Below, one piece after another: positions 57,635 to 64,000 of a stretch of DNA of 64,000 nucleotides. The DNA is from a virus. The DNA lies in the IMG/VR virus record IMGVR_UViG_3300030107_004238, positions 7,969 through 71,968 of that record; one strand, given 5' to 3'. The translations under genes were made by a program, and so were the position numbers. How positions within the stretch are numbered: the first letter of the stretch is position 1; every line of letters begins with the position of its first letter. The notes below the pieces were generated by a model. The model was not told the DNA's origin. It worked only from the letters and a program-made list of their open reading frames with translations, and searched no databases.

Positions 57635-58057
57635 TTATTTATCGTAAGTATATATTATTTTATAATCATCTTCTAAAACATCAATATTAATATCTTTAGC
57701 TATTTTAGTCATATTTTTTACAAGTTGCTTGTTACTTGTCATAGCCATAACTCTTTCACAGCCATTTTTAACAGCTATTTTAGTAACATAAGTTCCTAAT
57801 TTGATTAATATATCATTTCTATCATCTTCTCTGTAATTAGGATCTGCTATTAAGTAATCTACATATCCTATAGCAGAGTTTGTTAAGTATAAAAAAGCTG
57901 AAGCTATTAACTTATTATCTTTTTCTACTACAAATCCACCTAATCCTTTATTAGGTAATAGAGTTGATTTTGGTATAACAACACCATATTTCTCGTGTAA
58001 TTTCCACCATTTTATCAATTCTTGATAATCTTCTATTAAAATTGCTCTTATTTTCAT
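57635..58057 (-). CDS. GNAT-fold acetyltransferase-like protein (copy 2; paralogue of 22309..22743)
   Basis: Shares LIKWW, LLPNKGLGGFVVEK and YLTNS.IGYVDYLI.DP.Y with copy 1. Confidence 0.75.
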   Translation of the reverse strand: MKIRAILIEDYQELIKWWKLHEKYGVVIPKSTLLPNKGLGGFVVEKDNKLIASAFLYLTNSAIGYVDYLIADPNYREDDRNDILIKLGTYVTKIAVKNGCERVMAMTSNKQLVKNMTKIAKDINIDVLEDDYKIIYTYDK

Positions 58058-58058
58058 A

Positions 58059-58232
58059 TTATTCAGCTATATAAGTGTAACCTTTGTATTTAAACCACTC
58101 ACTAATGCCTTCTTTATCTGTTTGCCACGCAATACAACCAAAATTTGCAGGTAATTCACATATTTTATATGGTTTATAAGTAACACCATCTAACATTATT
58201 TTGTCTTTCTTTAAAAATTTTATTGTTTTCAT
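58059..58232 (-). CDS. 57-aa hypothetical protein
   Basis: MKTIKFLKKDKIMLDGVTYKPY...WFKYKGYTYIAE*, read manually. Confidence 0.6.
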   Translation of the reverse strand: MKTIKFLKKDKIMLDGVTYKPYKICELPANFGCIAWQTDKEGISEWFKYKGYTYIAE

Positions 58233-58238
58233 ATCTAT

Positions 58239-58454
58239 TTATTTTAACATTGTACCATAACCTCTACGACGAGTCATCTTAGCTATTCGAGCAGCATCAC
58301 TACTTGACATAATCTGTATGGAATTACCGGTTTTATGGTATGTTACAGCAGAACAGCCATATTTTTCGGTCTGAGAGCAGCCGATACACACCTTATAGCC
58401 AAGATTAACTCGTTGTATTGGTATTATATTTTGACATTTACAAATCATATTCAA
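58239..58454 (-). CDS. Small Zn-finger protein
   Basis: CxC...IP..R..LG...CxxC, resembling the DksA/TraR C4 finger; YHKTGN. Confidence 0.65.
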   Translation of the reverse strand: MNMICKCQNIIPIQRVNLGYKVCIGCSQTEKYGCSAVTYHKTGNSIQIMSSSDAARIAKMTRRRGYGTMLK

Positions 58455-58455
58455 T

Positions 58456-58490
58456 TATATTATCCAATAGTAATCGTATTTAGTTTGTAA
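58456..58490 (-). promoter_or_regulatory. Class A (early) promoter-like motif
   Basis: Minus strand TTACAA-ac-TAAATACGA-N8-GGATAATATA. Confidence 0.75.
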
Positions 58491-58559
58491 TTCATTCACT
58501 ATCACGTATATACCTTATCATTGTAAGCACTATAAACGCTAATATTACCCAACCTAACA

Positions 58560-58721
58560 TTATTTACAACCTCTACTATATTGCTTATTAAGTTCAGTGA
58601 TACCACACGCATGGTGAGGAGCGGTTGTTCCGCAACTTGATAGTAATATTATTGAAAATATTGCTACCATTATTAGTTCTGCTACATTTTTCTCTACAAT
58701 TCTTGTCATTTTATTCATCAT
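58560..58721 (-). CDS. Small lipoprotein
   Basis: ...LIMVAIFSIILLSSC-GTTAPHHACGITELNKQYSRGCK*, read manually; LSSC lipobox. Confidence 0.6.
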   Translation of the reverse strand: MMNKMTRIVEKNVAELIMVAIFSIILLSSCGTTAPHHACGITELNKQYSRGCK

Positions 58722-58871
58722 TTAATTAATATTCTGTTGTTCCATTTTTCTTTCTTAATTTAGCAAGAAACTCATCTAATTCTCGCAATGCTATTTCTTT
58801 TTCTTTCATTTCTTCAAGTATCATTGCACCTGGAATTTCCGCTGGTTTCTGTATGTATATTTTACTTTTCA

Positions 58872-59138
58872 TTAATCTAAATTATCTCTATTATCTTTTA
58901 ATATTCCACTCTTTTTATCTAATTCTATGCAATTAGCTATTGCTTTTGCCATTAAATCTTCTTCAGGTTTTACTTCATTTGCCCATATTTCTTCAGCTTT
59001 TGACATAATTTCATAGTCATTTTGTGGAGTTAATATACTATAATAACCTAAGTGATGTTCTTTGCCGTAGCTATCGATCACGTTGACACTATAATGAGTA
59101 TTACCTTGATACTTATTTATCTTTATTTGTCTACTCAT
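58872..59138 (-). CDS. Hypothetical protein
   Basis: 88-aa ORF in the early cluster. Confidence 0.6.
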   Translation of the reverse strand: MSRQIKINKYQGNTHYSVNVIDSYGKEHHLGYYSILTPQNDYEIMSKAEEIWANEVKPEEDLMAKAIANCIELDKKSGILKDNRDNLD

Positions 59139-59295
59139 GAGTAATAGGAGTTTTATGTTTTATTAGATTACCATTTTCATCACGAGTAAATGTTACTTTG
59201 AATAACTTATAGCCATCTGCTATTAATCCTTTTTCAATATTAGTTATAACTTCACGAGTAACATCTTCTCCTGTTATTTTATTTATTACTTTCAT
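59131..59295 (-). CDS. 54-aa hypothetical protein
   Basis: MKVINKITGEDVT...PITHE*, read manually; overlaps the next start. Confidence 0.55.
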   Translation of the reverse strand: MKVINKITGEDVTREVITNIEKGLIADGYKLFKVTFTRDENGNLIKHKTPITHE

Positions 59296-59327
59296 AATAA
59301 TATATTTTATAAGTTAATATTTATTTT

Positions 59328-59470
59328 AGTAGTAGCGTGAGAATCGAACTCACTTATATACCATAACTACTGATACTCATTCGCATTCTTTATAAGTCGC
59401 TAAACAAGTGGAACTACGACTTTGCCCACCACTCGCTAATCAGCACTTCACGAGTGGTATTTTGCGGACT
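59328..59470 (-). ncRNA. Candidate structured RNA: twin hairpins plus a tRNA-like T-arm element
   Basis: ACCACTCG/CGAGTGGT, AAGTCG/CGACTT, AGTAGT/GCTACT and GTGAG-TTCGATT-CTCAC. Confidence 0.55.
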
Positions 59471-59479
59471 AATTACTGC

Positions 59480-59701
59480 TTACTCGCAGATTTCTCTTGC
59501 CAACATTGGCACATTATTACTAGCAGTATATGACTTATACTTTTCCCAACACGGTAGAGTTTCTAGTTTTGACTTCATTACTTCAAACACTTTGTCGTGA
59601 TTATAAGTGGCAGATTTACCATTTTTGAAGTTTACTGTTATTACTGCATTTTTGCCTATTAAGGACTTTCTTACTACGAATCTTTTACTTTTTAATTCCA
59701 T
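59480..59701 (-). CDS. Hypothetical early protein
   Basis: KRFVVRKSLIG...YNHD...CW.KY.SYT; directly downstream of a class A motif. Confidence 0.7.
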   Translation of the reverse strand: MELKSKRFVVRKSLIGKNAVITVNFKNGKSATYNHDKVFEVMKSKLETLPCWEKYKSYTASNNVPMLAREICE

Positions 59702-59739
59702 ACTTTAATTATTTATTTAGTTATTAATTTATTTACATT

Positions 59740-59774
59740 TATATTATCCATTTAGTCTCGTATTTACATTGTAA
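59740..59774 (-). promoter_or_regulatory. Class A (early) promoter-like motif
   Basis: Minus strand TTACAA-tg-TAAATACGA-N8-GGATAATATA. Confidence 0.75.
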
Positions 59775-59866
59775 AAGTATATTGTTTGTTTATTATATAA
59801 TTTACTATTGTATGTACTGCGCGACTTCTCTCATTGTATAATTTCTTTTTATTTATTATTTACATA

Positions 59867-59901
59867 TATATTATCCAATATGTGTCGTATTTAGTTTGTG
59901 A
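59867..59901 (-). promoter_or_regulatory. Class A (early) promoter-like motif
   Basis: Minus strand TCACAA-ac-TAAATACGA-N8-GGATAATATA. Confidence 0.75.
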
Positions 59902-60274
59902 AAATTAGTTATATAAAATATAAATAGTAGTAATGATTGAACATGAATACACATGGTGAATACGAATCAACGTGGATAATATGAATGAACGTGATCGACG
60001 ACGGCGGAACGGAAACGCCAAACGATTACGACGGTTTAATCTGGTTGAACGGGGCCCGCGAAGAAAATTTCGGTTTTTCTGGGAACACCCGGCTGGGGGA
60101 GAGGGGGCTACACCATCCCCCAAAATATGTAATATTTTTTTATATGACAATAGGTAGTTAATATAGGTAGAGTAACTGGCTAATGTCACTCTTTACCTAA
60201 GGATATTACTAGGGTAATATCTAGGATTAGAGATAGGTTAGTAGAGATAGGGAGTAATAGGCAATTGTCATAAT
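59902..60274. other. Divergent non-coding control region (candidate origin / packaging site / genome end)
   Basis: Coding strand switches here; GC-rich island 59990-60121; TGACA/TGTCA motifs; GATATTAC-tagg-GTAATATC hairpin at 60202-60221. Confidence 0.55.
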
Positions 60275-60310
60275 GTAAAAAATTACTTTACCATGTAATC
60301 TATATCTATA
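60275..60310 (+). promoter_or_regulatory. Class B promoter-like motif
   Basis: GTAAA-aaattactttacc-ATGTAATCTATA at the head of the + strand arm. Confidence 0.55.
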
Positions 60311-60567
60311 TGGGAGAAGCAAACAAAACATACACTGGTCCAAATGGAGGAAAACAGAAATTAACTGTTAAAGCTAGGAAAAACAAACAAGCTAGAGATA
60401 AAAAGCAAGCGATGTCAGAGGAAGGCAAACATAATAAAAGAACTGCACAGGTTTTCAGAAGAAATATAAAGAACATCGATATGGATAATAAAGATGTGCA
60501 TCACAGCTCAGACGGATCAATGAAGTTAGTAAGTAGAAAAGCTAATCGAGGACATCACTTGACATAA
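60310..60567 (+). CDS. Small basic HNH-like protein
   Basis: KDVHH..DG...LVSRKANR beta-beta-alpha-metal-like motif. Confidence 0.55.
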   Translation: MGEANKTYTGPNGGKQKLTVKARKNKQARDKKQAMSEEGKHNKRTAQVFRRNIKNIDMDNKDVHHSSDGSMKLVSRKANRGHHLT

Positions 60568-60592
60568 ACAATAACAATATACATAAAATACT

Positions 60593-61879
60593 ATGGGAAG
60601 ACGTAGACGTAGAAGAAAATCAAGACCGGCCAAAAGACAAGCAACACCTAACCGGCCACCATTAACAGGTACTCAGGCTGCTAAAGCGGCAGTTGTTAAA
60701 AAAAGAGGCGCCGCACAGCAAAAACAACAAGCGGTTAAACAACAGCAAAAAACTGTAGATATACAAGGAAGACCAGCAGCGCAAGGAACTGGAACACCAC
60801 CACAAAGACCCGCACGAGCACAAGCAAAACCGGTTAGAGGAGTGAGAAACGGACAAGCTGTAGCTGAAAAGAAGCTTGCACAGAGAAAAGGAGGTGGAGC
60901 ACCTTCACAAGTAGCATCAACCGTTGCTAGAAAACCTGGAGGAGGTGGAGGAGCTGTTAAAGGAGGCCAAATACCAACATCACAACCTCGTCCTGGAAGA
61001 GGTAGAGGTAAAGGAGGTCAAAGACCAGTAGATCAAGGTAGTGGCGGAAGAGAATTCGGTGGAGGATTTAGAAATAGAGGTTTTGGAATGGGTAGAGGAG
61101 AAAGAGGTTATGGTATGGGTAGAGGCCGTGGTGGTATGGCGGGCGGTGATATGCCTGATTTTATGGGAGGTCAAAAACCCCAAATGTTTCAAGATAGAAT
61201 ACGTGGTGAACGTGCAACATTCGGTATGGGTAGAGAAGGTAGAGGATTTGGTATGGGTAGAGAAGGTAGAGGAGGAATGATTGGTAGACCAAACCCTTAT
61301 GCTGACGCAGGGGTTACCCGGATGCCATCAAGATGGGGAGGAGAAGGTCCACCACCACCTAATGCAAGAGGCGGTGGAAGAGCAGAAGTAGCGATGTTAC
61401 CAAAAACTCCAGCAGATTACCAAAGAGAGCAAGCAGCAGGTCATGGAGGTGTGTTACGACCAGGTAGAGGCGGTGGAAGACCACAAGCACCTACTAGTGG
61501 ATATAATCCAGCAACTGGAAGAATGGAATACACAGGTGGTTCACCTGGAAACTTCAGTCGTAGAAACCAAGGTAGAGGTGGTGGATTTGCCAATAGAAGA
61601 GCTAGAGCCTTCCCAAGAGCAGGTGCAATGAAGAATATGGCGCCAACAGGGGTTATGAAATCTGACATACGTGCTAAAGAAAATATAGAAAGAATAGGAA
61701 TTTCACCATCCGGTATTCCAATTTATGAATTTAATTATATAGGTGATAATAATAGATATAGTGGTGCGATGGCACAAGACTTGTTAAAAATAAATCCTGA
61801 TGTAGTATCAATGGGTACTGATGGACATTACATGATAGACTATAATAACATCGATGTAGACATGCATCTAATAAATTAA
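60593..61879 (+). CDS. Arg/Gly/Gln-rich disordered protein with a C-terminal peptidase S74-like intramolecular chaperone domain
   Basis: RRRRRK N-terminus; GFGMGR repeats; C-terminal SDIRAKENI..IG.SPSGIPIYEFNY...GAMAQDL...IDY..IDV. Confidence 0.75.
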   Translation: MGRRRRRRKSRPAKRQATPNRPPLTGTQAAKAAVVKKRGAAQQKQQAVKQQQKTVDIQGRPAAQGTGTPPQRPARAQAKPVRGVRNGQAVAEKKLAQRKGGGAPSQVASTVARKPGGGGGAVKGGQIPTSQPRPGRGRGKGGQRPVDQGSGGREFGGGFRNRGFGMGRGERGYGMGRGRGGMAGGDMPDFMGGQKPQMFQDRIRGERATFGMGREGRGFGMGREGRGGMIGRPNPYADAGVTRMPSRWGGEGPPPPNARGGGRAEVAMLPKTPADYQREQAAGHGGVLRPGRGGGRPQAPTSGYNPATGRMEYTGGSPGNFSRRNQGRGGGFANRRARAFPRAGAMKNMAPTGVMKSDIRAKENIERIGISPSGIPIYEFNYIGDNNRYSGAMAQDLLKINPDVVSMGTDGHYMIDYNNIDVDMHLIN

Positions 61880-61885
61880 AAAGAT

Positions 61886-62866
61886 ATGCCAAAAGTAAAA
61901 GGAAAAAGTTTCCCATATACACCAGAAGGTGAAGCTGCAGCAGCAGAGTATGCGGAACAACAAGCAGGTGCTCCATTTCAAATGAGAGCTAAAAAATACG
62001 GAAATAGTCCAATGCAAAAGAACTTTGGTTCTAGTTTGGCTATTAATAAGAAACTAGATAAGGATAGCATGGCTGGTGGCTTAACTGGTCAACCAAGTGG
62101 TGAAACCGGTAAGATTGGTGAAGGACCAATGAGAAAGAACTCACCTATGAAAAAAGGAGGAGCAAAACCTACTGGAGGTGCTAAAAAAGGTGGTGTAAAA
62201 CCTACTAGTAATTATACTATTAAGAATCCTAATCAAAAATTTAAACCTCTTGATCCTAAATTCCAATCTCCAGCACCAGGTTCTAGTAACGTAATAAGGA
62301 AAAAGGGAGGTTCTAAACCATTTATAAAGAATCCAAAACTATCGGACAAAGCAGCATTAGCTCAGCAAAAGAAGTTTATGTCTGGATTTAAAAATCCTAA
62401 AGAATCACAAGTTGGAAAATTCGTGGGTGGATTTGGAAAAAGCTTAAAACAACTCGGTAGTCAAGTAGATAGTGGTATTAAGAAAGTTGGTTCTAATATT
62501 AAAACTGGTAAACCATTAGTTACTGGTACTTATATGGGTAAAGGTGGTGCAGAACTTAAGAAAAAGAGAGCTACGGAGTGGAAAAATAAAAATAAAAAAC
62601 AAGACGGTGAATTATTAAAAAACATTAAGAAAACAAACGCTCCTACAGTTAAAAACCAAACTGTTAAAAAGAAAAAACCTGTTAAAAAGACAACTTCTAA
62701 GGTAAGAACCTCTGGTGTGCCAACAAAAAATGTTAAACCGTATAGTAAAAGAAAGAAAAATACAACAAGTACAACTGTACGTCCACCTTTAAAAGGCGCT
62801 GGAAAAAAGGCAAAATCAGGATTTGATCCTAAAACAGGAACATTTAATTTTCCTTGGATGAAATAA
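61886..62866 (+). CDS. Lys-rich basic low-complexity protein
   Basis: MPKV.GK.FPYTPEG..AA N-terminus; SPM[QK]K motifs; highly basic. Confidence 0.7.
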   Translation: MPKVKGKSFPYTPEGEAAAAEYAEQQAGAPFQMRAKKYGNSPMQKNFGSSLAINKKLDKDSMAGGLTGQPSGETGKIGEGPMRKNSPMKKGGAKPTGGAKKGGVKPTSNYTIKNPNQKFKPLDPKFQSPAPGSSNVIRKKGGSKPFIKNPKLSDKAALAQQKKFMSGFKNPKESQVGKFVGGFGKSLKQLGSQVDSGIKKVGSNIKTGKPLVTGTYMGKGGAELKKKRATEWKNKNKKQDGELLKNIKKTNAPTVKNQTVKKKKPVKKTTSKVRTSGVPTKNVKPYSKRKKNTTSTTVRPPLKGAGKKAKSGFDPKTGTFNFPWMK

Positions 62867-62924
62867 TAAAAAAATAGGGAAAGACCCTAAACCAAGTCAA
62901 TATTAACCAAAAAAAACCAAAAAA

Positions 62925-63218
62925 ATGACTTATTTATACTACAAGACTAGTACATATACTAGCAATGCAAAACCGAATGAGAAAACTATTAACCAGTGGA
63001 CACATCTAGCTAACAAAAAAAACTGGAGAATCACACAATTACCGAATGGATTTTACCAAACGGAAGTAAATGATCCAGAATCTGACAAAGATTGGCATGA
63101 TGTTACACGTCGAGAGACCATAGAAGGCGCTGAAGCAGCAATTAACGGCAGCGTTGACCATTTCTCAAAGAAATTAGAGGCTACAAAAGGACCTAAAGTA
63201 GTAAAAACATTCGAATAG
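62925..63218 (+). CDS. Hypothetical protein upstream of GroEL
   Basis: NWRITQLPNGFYQTE...W.DVTRRETIEGAE.AI. Confidence 0.7.
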   Translation: MTYLYYKTSTYTSNAKPNEKTINQWTHLANKKNWRITQLPNGFYQTEVNDPESDKDWHDVTRRETIEGAEAAINGSVDHFSKKLEATKGPKVVKTFE

Positions 63219-63247
63219 AAGTACAATTTAATTAAATTTAATCAAAT

Positions 63248-64000
63248 ATGGAATATAATCATCCTAGCGAGATTATTAAAGACTTAAACTTTGGTAATCA
63301 AGCTAAAGATAAGATAGTTGCTGGTGTTGAAAAACTAGCAAAAGCAGTAAAATCAACCTTAGGAGCGTCTGGTAAGTGTGTTATTTACGAAGACGGAAGA
63401 GGTAAACCGGTCATAACAAAAGATGGTGTAACCGTGGCAGAAAGCGTAGTCTTATATGACCCGGTTGAAAATATGGGTGCAACCCTTATTAAAGAAGCTG
63501 CTAGAAACACAGTGAGAGAAGCAGGTGATGGTACTACTACAGCTACCGTCCTTGCTGAATCTCTACTGAAAGAAATAAATAAAGATGAGAAATCATCTAT
63601 TAGAGATATAAAAATCGGTATAAAATCCGGTCTTACTAAAGTAAATAATTACCTTAATAAGATTTCTGTCAAGATCGAGGGCGATATGCTGGAATCTGTT
63701 AGTTCGATTAGTTGTAATAATGATGAGGAACTAGGAAAGATTATAGCAGAAGCTTATACTAAAGTGGGTAAAGACGGTGTGGTATTAATGGAAGAGTCTC
63801 CAACTGAACAGACATATGTCGAAGTTGTAGATGGTGTGCAAATCGACTCAGGACTCACATCACCACATTTCGTTACTGATAAGGATAAGGAGTTGTGTGA
63901 ACTCGATAATCCGTTAATACTTATAGTATCTTCAGAAATACCAAATATAAGAAAAATACAATCAATATTAGAGCATGTTATTAAAAATAAACGTTCTTTA
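63248..64000 (+). CDS. groEL: Chaperonin GroEL-like (3'-truncated by window edge; absent from the ORF track)
   Basis: Manual translation: LAKAVKSTLGASGK...ITKDGVTVAES...ENMGA.LIKEAA...AGDGTTTATVLA...VGKDGVV. Confidence 0.92.
   Translation, partial: MEYNHPSEIIKDLNFGNQAKDKIVAGVEKLAKAVKSTLGASGKCVIYEDGRGKPVITKDGVTVAESVVLYDPVENMGATLIKEAARNTVREAGDGTTTATVLAESLLKEINKDEKSSIRDIKIGIKSGLTKVNNYLNKISVKIEGDMLESVSSISCNNDEELGKIIAEAYTKVGKDGVVLMEESPTEQTYVEVVDGVQIDSGLTSPHFVTDKDKELCELDNPLILIVSSEIPNIRKIQSILEHVIKNKRSL

Noticed and set aside
59328-59371. Bona fide tRNA gene
   Set aside because: Has a T-arm but no room for D and anticodon arms and no CCA; kept only as a tRNA-like element.
56773-59901. CRISPR array or mobile repeat
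   Set aside because: Copies are dispersed, have variable internal spacers and lie upstream of ORFs, which fits promoters; no cas genes.
59905-60189. Overlapping ORFs 59905..60189(-) and 59972..60157(+)
   Set aside because: Arg-rich translations of a GC-rich island with atypical composition, antisense to each other; more likely non-coding control DNA.
1-64000. Stop-codon reassignment as in some crAss-like phages
   Set aside because: Genes are full length and densely packed under the standard code; TAG (e.g. SSB end at 49794) and TGA (e.g. 39879) act as stops.
1-64000. Prophage in a bacterial chromosome
   Set aside because: No integrase, att site or run of housekeeping genes; host-like genes (groEL, T9SS cargo, OMPs) are embedded in phage operons.

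Overview
A 64-kb, AT-rich, gene-dense piece of a tailed (podovirus-type) phage genome, most likely infecting a marine Bacteroidota/Flavobacteriales host (T9SS-tailed protein, Bacteroidota Hc1-like gene, A-rich starts without Shine-Dalgarno sites). By recall the layout resembles Cellulophaga phi38:1-like and crAss-related GroEL-encoding phages; this was not verified by search. The + strand arm (1-42.5 kb) encodes terminase, portal, scaffold, major capsid, tail ring/nozzle proteins expanded by beta-sandwich inserts, ejection proteins (one ending in a Hint domain, one a 2893-aa multidomain protein), a cell-envelope cassette and an M15 endolysin. It meets the - strand arm (42.6-59.9 kb; nucleotide metabolism, replication/recombination, sigma factor, small early genes) at a bidirectional terminator. 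A divergent non-coding control region at about 59.9-60.3 kb precedes + strand genes for basic low-complexity proteins and GroEL. Main leads: (1) two phage-specific promoter-like motif classes and two sigma-like proteins, one embedded in a putative virion-ejected protein; (2) a thymidylate-synthase homologue with the dCMP-specific Asp beside NTP pyrophosphohydrolases, suggesting modified cytosine; (3) a phage-encoded T9SS cargo protein with outer-membrane barrels; (4) two unexplained structured intergenic RNA candidates; (5) an 18-bp motif shared between an HTH gene start and the control region. All product calls come from motif recognition by eye; no searches were run.
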